Shown piece by piece: positions 17,073 through 26,228 of a DNA stretch of 43,164 nucleotides. Under the pieces are notes generated by a model that did no database searches, was not told the DNA's origin, and saw only the letters and a program-made list of their open reading frames with translations. Source of the stretch: Candidatus Latescibacterota bacterium (GTDB taxonomy: Bacteria > Hydrothermota > Tepidihabitantia > Tepidihabitantales > CAIPLT01); contig JAGXRL010000044.1 in NCBI GenBank assembly GCA_018335915.1, positions 1 through 43,164 of the forward strand. Direction: 5' to 3'. How positions within the stretch are numbered: the stretch's first letter is position 1; every line of letters begins with the position of its first letter. The position numbers and the translations under genes were made by a program.

Positions 17073-17762
17073 ATGAGAATTCAAGTATTAAACCGAGTTT
17101 TAGCGTCAAATGATGCTTTGGCCAATGAATACCGTAAAGAGTTTGATAAGAATAAGATAACTGCGATTAATATTATGTCGGCACCGGGTTCGGGTAAAAC
17201 TGCCCTGCTCGAGCAGACTTTAAAAGAAATAAAAAATAAGATTAATACTTTTGTGATTGAAGGTGATATTAAAGGCGACCTGGATGCTCAGCGGGTTGCG
17301 AAAGCAGGCGGCAGGGTTTATCAGATCAATACTGACGGCGCCTGCCATCTCGACGCATTTATGATTTCCCAGGTCTTGCCGAAAATCAAGACTAAAAAGA
17401 TTGATTTGCTGTTTATTGAAAATGTCGGTAATCTGGTCTGCCCGGCTGAGTTTTATATCGGCGCCCATTATAATGTCATGCTCTTGTCAACACCCGAAGG
17501 CGCGGATAAACCGGTAAAATACCCGTTAATGTTTTCCAAAGCCGACCTCTTAATTATTAACAAGATTGATTTATTGCCGTATGTCAATTTTGATTTTAAA
17601 AGTCTGGAAAAATCACTTAAAACAATCAAACCGTCTTTAGACTTACTTAAGATTTCCTGTAAAACCGGTGAGGGACTGACTGACTGGTATCAGTGGTTGG
17701 CGAGTCACTTGCCGCAAACGATTGGACGAAAACTTTTCAAGCACAGGAAAGAGCAAGGATAA
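17073..17762 (+). CDS. hypB: Hydrogenase nickel-incorporation GTPase HypB
   Basis: AAGGAG SD. SAPGSGKTALLE P-loop, IENVGNLVCPAEF, INKIDLLPY. It lacks a His-rich N-terminus. Confidence 0.85.
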   Translation: MRIQVLNRVLASNDALANEYRKEFDKNKITAINIMSAPGSGKTALLEQTLKEIKNKINTFVIEGDIKGDLDAQRVAKAGGRVYQINTDGACHLDAFMISQVLPKIKTKKIDLLFIENVGNLVCPAEFYIGAHYNVMLLSTPEGADKPVKYPLMFSKADLLIINKIDLLPYVNFDFKSLEKSLKTIKPSLDLLKISCKTGEGLTDWYQWLASHLPQTIGRKLFKHRKEQG

Positions 17763-17771
17763 TCGCAGAGA

Positions 17772-18830
17772 GTGATCAACAGTCTTTTTGCGATTCAGTT
17801 TCTTGCTAATTTAGCACCGACCTTAGTTTTAATTTACGTTCCGTTAATTGCCCAAAGTTATGGTGCCGCACCAGCCAAGGTCGGTCTGGTTGTCGCAACC
17901 TATCACGCGATGGTTTTTGCGGCCGGTTTATTATTTGGTCGTCTCGCCGATTTAAGAGGCAGGAAAAATTTTATTGTCTTGGGTTTGGGATTATCGACAA
18001 TTGCATTCACGAGTCATTTATTGATTAACGACATAACATCTTTATTCATTATCCGTGCCGTTGCTGGTTTTAGTATCGGCATTTTTCCGGCGGCATTATT
18101 GACTTATGCTTATGAAAAGAATAATACTTTAGGCCGCTTCAGTGCGATCGGTTCTTTAGGTTGGGGAATTGGGTCAATTTTAGCCGGGATTGTTGCCGTA
18201 TATTATAGATTGTTTATTTTGGCAGGTTTGTTTTATTTTGTTACTTTTTTATTGGCGATTTTTAGATTACAAAAAACCCCAGCCGTCGTTAAGCAAACAT
18301 TTTGGGATTTGTCAGTCATTAAAAAGAACTGGCGTATCTATCTGACTTTTCTCTTGCGGCATGCCGGTGCTTTTGGCATCTGGGCAATCTACCCGATTTT
18401 TCTCGCCTCGCTCGGCGCGAATAAATTCTGGATTGGCATTATATATTCGATTAATGCTTTTGGTCAGTTTTTATTTCTACCATTGCTCGACCGTTATAAA
18501 AGTACCAAGTTAATCACGACCGGACTTATTTGTTCAATCGTTACATTTGTGATTTTTTCACTCTGCCAGAATCATTGGCAAATCTTACCATTTCAGGTAC
18601 TGCTTGCTTTTGCCTGGTCATGTCTTTATTTAGGAACCCTCAAATACTTAATGGAGCACAATGAAGAGCGGGCAACCGCAGTCGGTGGCTTCAACTCGCT
18701 CATGAGCTTATCCGGGATTATCGGACCGTTATTAGGCGGAGTAATAGGTACTTTTGGTTATCGACCAGTTATGTTATCGGCAGCAGTATTAACTGCATCA
18801 AGTTTCTTAGTATTCAGAAGTAAAAATTAA
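17772..18830 (+). CDS. MFS transporter
   Basis: GTG start. About 11-12 hydrophobic helices. GRLADLRGRK is an MFS loop 2-3 signature. Confidence 0.8.
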   Translation: MINSLFAIQFLANLAPTLVLIYVPLIAQSYGAAPAKVGLVVATYHAMVFAAGLLFGRLADLRGRKNFIVLGLGLSTIAFTSHLLINDITSLFIIRAVAGFSIGIFPAALLTYAYEKNNTLGRFSAIGSLGWGIGSILAGIVAVYYRLFILAGLFYFVTFLLAIFRLQKTPAVVKQTFWDLSVIKKNWRIYLTFLLRHAGAFGIWAIYPIFLASLGANKFWIGIIYSINAFGQFLFLPLLDRYKSTKLITTGLICSIVTFVIFSLCQNHWQILPFQVLLAFAWSCLYLGTLKYLMEHNEERATAVGGFNSLMSLSGIIGPLLGGVIGTFGYRPVMLSAAVLTASSFLVFRSKN

Positions 18831-18912
18831 CACAAAATTTACTCAGATAAAAATTTTAAACCTGTTTTTGATAGATTATATAAACCTTTTTGCACTTGAG
18901 AAAAGGGCAGGG

Positions 18913-18941
18913 TTGACTAATCATAAAAATTGGCTTATTAT
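18913..18941 (+). promoter_or_regulatory. Sigma70-type promoter of tldD-pmbA
   Basis: TTGACT (18913-18918), 17-nt spacer, TATTAT (18936-18941). This places the ORF-track start at 18930 inside the promoter. Confidence 0.55.
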
Positions 18942-18980
18942 TATATAAACCCTTATCGCAGAGCAAAGTTAGGAGAAAGT

Positions 18981-20345
18981 ATGTTAGATAAATTAAAACA
19001 AATATTATCCAAAATCGACGCGGACTATGCCGACATTCGATATGAAATAAAAAAAGACATAGTAATTACCTTTAATGGTAAAGAACTATCGCAAATCGGG
19101 TCGAATTCGACCGACGGCTATGTTGTCCGTGCTTTAAAAGACGGCGGTTTTGCGAGTGCGGTTTTTACCAAAATCGACGATGCCGCACAAGTCGCGAAAA
19201 CCGTGGTTGAAAATGCTAAACTGATTGGTAAAGATAATAAGAAACCAGTTAAGTTAGCCAAGACCGATGTGGTGAAAGAAAACTACACGCCTGACTTCAT
19301 TGAAGACCCCCGTAAAGTATCGATTGAAGAGAAACTTAATATTACACGCAGAGCAAATGAAGCAGCTTTAGCACACAAAGAAATCGCAACAACCAATGTT
19401 GCGTATCGAGAAGTGATTCGAGAAAAGACTTTTGTCACATCAGAAGGTTCGGAAATCAAAGAAGATTTAATTACAGTCTCGCTTGCCGGTGAAATCATTG
19501 CCAAAGACGGCAATCTGGTGCAGAATGTGCGGGTTGCGACTGGCGGCAGCGACGGTTTTCATACGATTCGGAATCCAGAAAAGAATTTCGAAGAACGGAC
19601 CCAGATTGCTATCGATTTGTTAAAAGCGACTCCGGTTAAAGCCGGGACATATAACTGCATTTTAAATCCGAGCATGGCTGGTGTTTTTACCCATGAGGCA
19701 TTTGGACATTTTTCCGAAGCCGATATTATCGAGACCCTGCCGGCAATGCGAGAAAAGATGAAACTGGGCAGCAAATTGGGCAGCGATGTTTTGAATATTA
19801 TTGATAATGCAACCATACCAAATCAGCTCGGTTTTTACAAATATGATGATGAAGGAATAAAAGTCAAACATGCCCAGCTTATGAAAAACGGCGTTTTGGT
19901 TGGACGGCTCCATTCCCGAAGAACTGCAGCAGAGTTTAATGAACCGCTTTCTGGTCATTGCGTGGCTGAAGATTTTCGCTATGCTCCGATAGTGCGCATG
20001 GGTACGATTTTTATCGAACCCGGTGACAAATCACTGGAAGAACTATTCGCATTACTCGGTGACGGATTATATATCCTGGATGCCAAAGGTGGTCAGACTG
20101 CTGGCGAGAATTTTACTTTTGGTGCCCAATACGGGTACATTGTTAAAAACGGCAAAAAAGCTGAAATGATTCGGGACATCAATATTTCCGGGAACTTGTA
20201 TAAAACATTGCTCGGTATAACTGCGGTGGGCAAGGATTTAGTCTTATCAAAACGGGGCGGCTGCGGTAAAGGACAGATAAATATCCGTTCCTGCTCGGGC
20301 GCGCCGCATGTCATTGCGCAAGGCTTGGTATTAGGAGGTGCATAA
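18981..20345 (+). CDS. tldD: TldD-family metallopeptidase
   Basis: ATG 18981 follows AGGAGAAAG. HEAFGH metal-binding motif. Glycine-rich C-terminus. Paired with the downstream pmbA. Confidence 0.9.
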   Translation: MLDKLKQILSKIDADYADIRYEIKKDIVITFNGKELSQIGSNSTDGYVVRALKDGGFASAVFTKIDDAAQVAKTVVENAKLIGKDNKKPVKLAKTDVVKENYTPDFIEDPRKVSIEEKLNITRRANEAALAHKEIATTNVAYREVIREKTFVTSEGSEIKEDLITVSLAGEIIAKDGNLVQNVRVATGGSDGFHTIRNPEKNFEERTQIAIDLLKATPVKAGTYNCILNPSMAGVFTHEAFGHFSEADIIETLPAMREKMKLGSKLGSDVLNIIDNATIPNQLGFYKYDDEGIKVKHAQLMKNGVLVGRLHSRRTAAEFNEPLSGHCVAEDFRYAPIVRMGTIFIEPGDKSLEELFALLGDGLYILDAKGGQTAGENFTFGAQYGYIVKNGKKAEMIRDINISGNLYKTLLGITAVGKDLVLSKRGGCGKGQINIRSCSGAPHVIAQGLVLGGA

Positions 20346-21652
20346 TGGAAAAACTACTCGAGATGGCGAAAAAAGTCTGCGACCAGGCAGAGATTTACAG
20401 CGTTGATAATAAATCGAATGTCGTGTCATTTGAAAACGCAAAACTGCATGATATTGACACGAAATTTCAATCCGGTGTCAGTATCCGAATTATCAAGGAT
20501 GGTAAACTCGGTTTTGCTTATACCCGCAATTTAATCAACCGTGAAGAACTTTTGCAAAATGCACTTAACTCATTAAAAGGCGGAGTCAGCGCTGATTATG
20601 AATTTCCTAAAACTTTAGATTTGCCAAAACTTAATACTTATGACAGTTCAATTGACAACATCACGAGCAACCAGATGGTTGAAGAATGCAGCCGGGTATG
20701 CGAGCTGTTAAAGAAAACCAATGGTGAAATTTCGTCAACTGCCTATTCCTATACCGAAACGATTCGGGTTATGAATACCAAAGATACTGATGTTTCGAAT
20801 AAGATAAGTCAGTTCGGTATTTATGGCAGTATTGCTTATCCGGGCAGTGCTTCTGGTATTGGTCGGGTTTCGAGCGCGAAAAAATTCGAAAAGATGCCAA
20901 ATGAGCTGATTCAAGAAACAGTCGATACCTTTAACGTCTCGTCCAAAGAAGTCACGGCAAAAGGCGGTAAGATGAAAGTGATGTTTATGCCGAATTGTAT
21001 GTATGCATTAAACTGGCGGATTAACAACGGTACCAGTGCGAAAAGTATCTATGAAAAAATTTCACCGATTGCGGACAAGGTCGGAGAAAAAATATTCTCG
21101 GACAAGATTTCGATTTATGACGACCCGCTTGATGATAAATATCCGGGCGCCCGTGCCTTTGATGATGAAGGGGTCGCGACATCAAAACTGCATATCGTGG
21201 AAAACGGCGTGCTCAAGAATTTTTACTATGACCTCAACTATGCCAAGAAACTGAACGCGAAATCGACTGGCAATGGTTATCGTTCAGCTCAATGGGAATC
21301 AGATAGGATATCGTTAAAACCGACTCCTGTGCTCGCTAATCTGAGATACAAGACCGGCAATAAGTCGTTTAAAGAGATGGTGAAAATGATTGACCGCGGC
21401 ATTATTATCGAAGGTGCCTTAGGTGCGCACAGCGGTAATATTCCAAATGGCGATTTGTCAATCGGTGCCAATCCGGCATTGTATGTTGAAAACGGCGAAA
21501 TCTTAGGCCAAATCAAAGATGTCATGATGGCCGCGAATATCTATGAGCTGTTCAAAAATGTCGTTGAGGTGAGTAATACTTTGTACTACAGCTACTCAGG
21601 ACTTATGCCGGCAATTCTATTTGACAATGTGAGCGTTGCGACTAAAAGTTAA
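20345..21652 (+). CDS. pmbA: PmbA/TldE-family metallopeptidase partner
   Basis: The start overlaps the tldD stop (TAATG) after AGGAGG. PmbA_TldD family features and length. Confidence 0.85.
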   Translation: MEKLLEMAKKVCDQAEIYSVDNKSNVVSFENAKLHDIDTKFQSGVSIRIIKDGKLGFAYTRNLINREELLQNALNSLKGGVSADYEFPKTLDLPKLNTYDSSIDNITSNQMVEECSRVCELLKKTNGEISSTAYSYTETIRVMNTKDTDVSNKISQFGIYGSIAYPGSASGIGRVSSAKKFEKMPNELIQETVDTFNVSSKEVTAKGGKMKVMFMPNCMYALNWRINNGTSAKSIYEKISPIADKVGEKIFSDKISIYDDPLDDKYPGARAFDDEGVATSKLHIVENGVLKNFYYDLNYAKKLNAKSTGNGYRSAQWESDRISLKPTPVLANLRYKTGNKSFKEMVKMIDRGIIIEGALGAHSGNIPNGDLSIGANPALYVENGEILGQIKDVMMAANIYELFKNVVEVSNTLYYSYSGLMPAILFDNVSVATKS

Positions 21653-21667
21653 TATAAATAATAAATC

Positions 21668-21698
21668 AAAACGCCGGGGTTTGACCTCGGCGTTTTTT
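21668..21698 (+). terminator. Rho-independent terminator after pmbA
   Basis: AACGCCG-GGGTTTGACCT-CGGCGTT followed by TTTTT. Confidence 0.7.
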
Positions 21699-21701
21699 CT
21701 A

Positions 21702-21729
21702 TTGATTTTATTTTTAATCTGATTATTAT
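21702..21729 (+). promoter_or_regulatory. Sigma70-type promoter, leaderless geometry
   Basis: TTGATT (21702-21707), 16-nt spacer, TATTAT (21724-21729). ATG 21735 lies 5 nt downstream with no SD. Confidence 0.45.
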
Positions 21730-21734
21730 CTTAT

Positions 21735-22895
21735 ATGGAAATATGCATCTTAGGTTCTGGTTTGCAGGGTAGAGTTGTTGCTCAGGATTTAGCAGAAAAT
21801 AAGCATAAAGTCACAATTCTTGATAATAATAAAGATAATCTCAAAAAGGTTATAAAATCATCTCGTATTACAACCAAACAATTTGATGTAACCAGGAAAA
21901 AAGAGCTGATAAGGCTTATCAAAGACTTTGACATTGTAGTCGGAGCATTGCCGGCTCAGCTTGGATTTCATTCAATGCAGTGTGCAGTTGAAGCGGGTGT
22001 TGATATTGCCGATATGTCATATTCAGGTGAGGACCCGTTCAAACTTGACAAACAAGCCAAAAAGAATAAAACAAGAGTCATACCCGATGCTGGTTATGCG
22101 CCAGGACTTTCCAATATTTTGGTAGGCGAGGCATATCGGGAGTTAAATCAAGAAATTTACCACAGAGACACAGAGAACACAGAGGGCACAGAGAAAAATA
22201 GAGTAAATAATATAAGAATCTTAGTCGGCGGGATTCCGCAGAACCCAAAACCACCATTTAATTATAATTATACCTGGTCACCAGATGATTTAGTCGCTGA
22301 ATATACCCGACCAGCACGGATTGTAAATAATTATAAAGAAATCACTGTTGAAGCGTTGAGCGGTGTTGAGAGTTTTAAAGTTCCTAAGATTGGTAAAGTA
22401 GAGTGCTTTTATACAGATGGTCTGCGGACACTGATAAATACTTTTAAGAATGTAAAAAATATGGAAGAGAAGACAATCCGTTATGCCGGGCATGCCGAGT
22501 TGGTAAAAGAACTGCTTAATTATGGATTTTCACCGGAAGAAGATAATCCGTTTACCAATCCCAAAGTCCTACCCAAAGATTTTATTCTTGATTTCTTAAA
22601 AACCGCATTAAGCGGTAGTGATGGTAAAGATTTATCAATTCTGATAATTGATATCAAATCTAAGGCAAAGAACCGCAGATATACTTGTATTGATTATTAT
22701 GACCAGAAAAACAAGATAACTTCAATGGCACGAATGACTGCTTATTCGGGTTCTATCATCAGCCAGTGCATCAAAGATTATCCTGGATATGGCGTAATTG
22801 CACCGGAAAAACTGGGGATGAATACTGCTATATGTAGTTTTATTAAGAAAGAATTGGCAAAGCGAGATATTATAATCAAAACCAATACGTTCTAA
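21735..22895 (+). CDS. Saccharopine dehydrogenase-family NAD(P)-binding oxidoreductase
   Basis: N-terminal Rossmann motif ICILGSGLQGR. PGLSNILVGEAY and VGGIPQNP motifs are typical of the Sacchrp_dh N/C domains. It contains an in-frame repeat insertion, listed at 22160-22200. Confidence 0.8.
   Translation: MEICILGSGLQGRVVAQDLAENKHKVTILDNNKDNLKKVIKSSRITTKQFDVTRKKELIRLIKDFDIVVGALPAQLGFHSMQCAVEAGVDIADMSYSGEDPFKLDKQAKKNKTRVIPDAGYAPGLSNILVGEAYRELNQEIYHRDTENTEGTEKNRVNNIRILVGGIPQNPKPPFNYNYTWSPDDLVAEYTRPARIVNNYKEITVEALSGVESFKVPKIGKVECFYTDGLRTLINTFKNVKNMEEKTIRYAGHAELVKELLNYGFSPEEDNPFTNPKVLPKDFILDFLKTALSGSDGKDLSILIIDIKSKAKNRRYTCIDYYDQKNKITSMARMTAYSGSIISQCIKDYPGYGVIAPEKLGMNTAICSFIKKELAKRDIIIKTNTF
22160..22200 (+). 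repeat. CACAGAG-type short tandem repeat inside the CDS
   Basis: CCACAGAGACACAGAGAACACAGAGGGCACAGAGAAAAA encodes HRDTENTEGTEKN. The same repeat family occurs in intergenic DNA at 39123-39159 and 41868-41946. Confidence 0.65.
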
Positions 22896-23003
22896 TTATA
22901 TTAAATATTAAAAATCAAATATCAAAAACACATATTAAAAATTAAAAATATTTGATATTTTATGTGTATATTTAATATTTTATATTTAATTTTTGATATA
23001 ATC
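22896..23003. repeat. AT-rich palindromic intergenic element, copy a
   Basis: It shares TTAAATATTAAAAAT(T/C)AAA..ATCAAAAACACATAT ... (T)GTGT.T.TTTAAT.TTTTAT with 27308-27419 and 28272-28384. Internal inverted repeats are ATCAAATAT/ATATTTGAT and CACATA/TATGTG. Confidence 0.65.
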
Positions 23004-23014
23004 AAAACCGAGAC

Positions 23015-23042
23015 TTGATTTGTTTTAGAAATAGTATAGAAT
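23015..23042 (+). promoter_or_regulatory. Sigma70-type promoter of guaA
   Basis: TTGATT (23015-23020), 16-nt spacer, TAGAAT (23037-23042). The ATG lies 12 nt downstream with no SD. Confidence 0.45.
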
Positions 23043-23054
23043 GAACATAAGATT

Positions 23055-24584
23055 ATGGACAGAATAATAGTATTGGACTTTGGCGGGCAGTATTGTCATC
23101 TGATATCACGCCGAATACGAGATTTAGGCGTTTATTCAGAAGTGAAACCAGCATCAACGACAAAACAAGAGTTATTTAAAATACCAAACCTTAAAGGAAT
23201 TATTCTTTCCGGTGGTGCGGCATCAGTATATGACAAAACATCACCCAAATGCAGCAAAGACATTCTGAAATTCAAAATTCCCGTGCTCGGGATATGTTAC
23301 GGTCATCATTTAATTGCACATCTTGATAAGGGCGAAGTTTTATCCGGCACTGCTGGTGAATATGGAGTGACTGAGCTTACAATAAAAAAGTCGAGCAAGT
23401 TACTCAAAGGATTTAGTAAAGGCAAGACATTAGTGTGGATGAATCATAAAGATGTGGTAAAAAAACTGCCGACAAACTATTCAGTAATTGCCTGTACCAA
23501 AAATTCACCAATCGCAGTTTTTGAAGATAATCAGAATAAAATCTATGGCGTGCAGTTTCATCCCGAAGTTACGCATACGACAAACGGCATGAAAATCCTT
23601 AAAAACTTTGTCTTTGATATATGCGGGGCAAAAAGAGAATGGGATACTTCACAGGTAATTAATAGTATTAAACAGGAAATTAAAGATGTTATCGGCAAGA
23701 GAAAAGCGGTTATCGGTTTATCCGGTGGTGTCGATTCATCTACTGCCGCAATTCTGGTTAAAGAAGTAATCGGCAAGAATTTAATCGCAGTCTATGTTGA
23801 TACTGGTTTAATGCGGTATCAGGAAACCGAGTTTATGCGAAAAGTTTTTACTAAGCATAAACTAAATCTTAAAATAGTTGATGCGTCAGATAGGTTTTTC
23901 AAGGCGTTAAAAGGAGTAACTGAACCGGAAAAGAAGCGTAAGATTATCGGTAAATTATTTATTGATGTATTTGACCAAGTGGCGATACAAGAAAAAGCCA
24001 AAGTTTTAATTCAGGGCACAATCTATTCAGACAGGATTGAAAGCGGGATTACCCAACACTCGTCAATTATTAAATCCCATCATAATGTCGGCGGACTACC
24101 GGAAAATATGATGCTGGAAGTGTTCGAGCCGTTGAAAAATCTGTATAAAGATGAAGTAAGAAAGATTGCCCGGAAAATCGGACTCTCAGATGAGATTACA
24201 AAACGGCATGTATTTCCAGGTCCGGGTCTGGCAATCAGAATTGTCGGTGATATTACTCCTAAAAAAGCCGAGATTACGCGCAAGGCAAGTTATATTATTG
24301 AACAGGAATTGAAAAAAGTCGGATTATATGAAAAAGTCTGGATGGCATTTGCCGTTTTATTGCCGATAAAAAGTGTCGGGATTCAGGGTGATGCGAGGAG
24401 TTACAAATTCCCGATTGTAATTCGAATTATCGAATCCAAAGACGCAATGACTGCCAATTTTGCCAAAATTCCGTATGAGATATTAGAAAAAATCTCAACC
24501 CGTATCACTAATGAAATCAGTGAAGTTAATCGGGTTGTCTATGATATCTCCAACAAACCGCCAGCGACGATGGAGTGGGAATGA
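23055..24584 (+). CDS. guaA: GMP synthase (glutamine-hydrolysing)
   Basis: GATase nucleophile GICYGHH, HPE. ATP-PPase SGGVDSS. C-terminal dimerisation domain ending ...PPATMEWE. Confidence 0.97.
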   Translation: MDRIIVLDFGGQYCHLISRRIRDLGVYSEVKPASTTKQELFKIPNLKGIILSGGAASVYDKTSPKCSKDILKFKIPVLGICYGHHLIAHLDKGEVLSGTAGEYGVTELTIKKSSKLLKGFSKGKTLVWMNHKDVVKKLPTNYSVIACTKNSPIAVFEDNQNKIYGVQFHPEVTHTTNGMKILKNFVFDICGAKREWDTSQVINSIKQEIKDVIGKRKAVIGLSGGVDSSTAAILVKEVIGKNLIAVYVDTGLMRYQETEFMRKVFTKHKLNLKIVDASDRFFKALKGVTEPEKKRKIIGKLFIDVFDQVAIQEKAKVLIQGTIYSDRIESGITQHSSIIKSHHNVGGLPENMMLEVFEPLKNLYKDEVRKIARKIGLSDEITKRHVFPGPGLAIRIVGDITPKKAEITRKASYIIEQELKKVGLYEKVWMAFAVLLPIKSVGIQGDARSYKFPIVIRIIESKDAMTANFAKIPYEILEKISTRITNEISEVNRVVYDISNKPPATMEWE

Positions 24585-24632
24585 ATCAAACTTAAAGTTA
24601 TATATTTAGAATCTTAAAAACTATACTAGTAA

Positions 24633-24857
24633 TTAACGCCTTGTAATAACATTTTGCAAATATGATATTCGACCCTGCACATGACGAATTTCATTCATAG
24701 TGTGATTTAAAAGTTTAATATAATGTTTTGCTTTATGTCCATCATGTCTTTTATTCGCATGGTCAATTTCTCGTCCATATTGTTGTGCCCGTCTTTCGAG
24801 CATTTTAATTTTGTTGGTTAAAGTTTTTAATTCTGATGCCGGGTTTCCACCGCCCAC
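24633..24857 (-). CDS. Small basic, His/Lys/Arg-rich predicted coiled-coil protein of unknown function (74 aa)
   Basis: GTG start lies 6 nt after a perfect AAGGAGGTGA that sits inside the 3' end of the upstream GNAT gene. Heptad-like sequence ELKTLTNKIKMLERRAQQYGREIDHANKRHDGHKAKHYIKLLNHTMNEIRHVQGRISYLQNV. Confidence 0.6.
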   Translation of the reverse strand: MGGGNPASELKTLTNKIKMLERRAQQYGREIDHANKRHDGHKAKHYIKLLNHTMNEIRHVQGRISYLQNVITRR

Positions 24858-25471
24858 AAAGTATCACCTCCTTTATAATGAGTTATATACCAATTTATTA
24901 GATGATTGTTATTAAATTTATTTTTTGTAAGAGCAAAGTGAAGAATATATATAATTTCGTGATTTTTTTTGATTATATCAGTAGTTTTCTGATAATCGAA
25001 TCCCATTTTGACTGCAGATATATAACTGTTGATATTTGTATTTAATATTTCACATCGCACAGTTTCTACATTGCAATTATTAAAAAGATAGTATAAATAT
25101 AAAACAGTTACATCAAATGCATAACCATTTTTCCGATAACGTTTATCTCCAATTACTATATCAAACAGACCTTCTTTTCTATTCTTATTATAACACCTGA
25201 ATGATACAAAACCCATATCTATTAAACATAGTCTATCAGTTATTACATATGTATTTTCAGGTAATTGATAAACATCATTAAAGGAGAGAAATTGCTTAGT
25301 AGGAGAATAATTTTTCCATGTTTCATAATCAGATAGCCAGTTATTTATGGCGAAGATATCATTAGATAAGGGTTTACGCAATACAACAAGATTACTTTGT
25401 AAGTTGTCATACATGTGTAAATTCTTATATTCTAAATTTTCGAAACATGATTTTTGGCATGCATTTTTCAC
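24827..25471 (-). CDS. GNAT-family N-acetyltransferase (RimJ/RimL-like)
   Basis: VVLRKPLSNDIFAINNWLSD..., FDIVIGDKRYRKNGYAFDVTVLYLYYLF and RCEILNTNINSYISAVKMGFDY match the GNAT A/B motif layout. The start is uncertain (GTG 25471 or ATG 25414). The G+C content is visibly much lower than in the neighbouring genes. Confidence 0.65.
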   Translation of the reverse strand: MKNACQKSCFENLEYKNLHMYDNLQSNLVVLRKPLSNDIFAINNWLSDYETWKNYSPTKQFLSFNDVYQLPENTYVITDRLCLIDMGFVSFRCYNKNRKEGLFDIVIGDKRYRKNGYAFDVTVLYLYYLFNNCNVETVRCEILNTNINSYISAVKMGFDYQKTTDIIKKNHEIIYILHFALTKNKFNNNHLINWYITHYKGGDTLWAVETRHQN

Positions 25472-25920
25472 TATGATTTAAATGTAACATTTATGTGTAA
25501 GATTGTCAAGATAGTGTTTAAATTTATTTATCTTGACTTTTTAAAATTTTATTGTAAATTTTAAGAAATATGATATAGAAAAAAATTAAAAGAGTTAGCT
25601 TTTATCTTAGTGCAATTAGTGCAATAATTGCACTTGGTTATTTTTTAGCATCATTTCACCATAAATCAGCTTCTAAAAATGTGAGTGCCATTCAAAAGCA
25701 ATTAGCAGGAATGATTGCTATTCCATCACAACTTCAAGCCGGTGTTACAGAATTTGTCCCAAAAGATGAATTTGAGTTCAGGAAAATAACCGAGAGAGCA
25801 GATTCAATACTTAACGGAAGGAAAAATGGGGACGGTTCTCTTTTTTCTTTGAAAATTTCGAGTCGTGAATCTGTTTGATTCTCTAGGTTACATATTATGT
25901 TAAGGAGTAGATAATAAAAA

Positions 25921-25976
25921 CTATTGAAATTGATAGAAATTCAATAGAAATAAGATAGAATTTAATTGAAATTTTC
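25921..25976. repeat. Phased A-tract array of about 11 nt period (…ATTGAAA / TTGATAGAAA / TTCAATAGAAA / TAAGATAGAA / TTTAATTGAAA…)
   Basis: Five consecutive units of 10-11 nt, each ending in GAAA. It contains ATTGATA, the inverse of the TATCAAT array at 26229-26284. Confidence 0.5.
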
Positions 25977-26228
25977 AAGCCATATGTTTGCTTGGCATAC
26001 TCGCCTGTTCATTATCCAGCCCGATAGGTTATCTGTTCTGCAACCTATTCAACAAGAGAGAGTTTTGCCGGTTGGGCAGGGGAATCGGTAAGCCCCCTGG
26101 CAAGCCCCCGGGCAAGCCGAGGGGCTGCCGACCGGCTTGCCGATAGGGCAGTCGAAAGGATAGGATAAGGGATAACCGAGAAGAGAACCGAGGGGGTCGG
26201 GATAGCCGTTAAGATTCAAAGACAAAAA

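Noticed and set aside
25570-25578. Genome-wide reassignment of TAG as a sense codon, to explain the ATG-ATA-TAG-open-frame arrangement
   Set aside because: TAG terminates the PorV-like gene (15724-15726) and the MFS gene (37779-37781) at positions consistent with full-length family members. A global recoding is therefore not supported.
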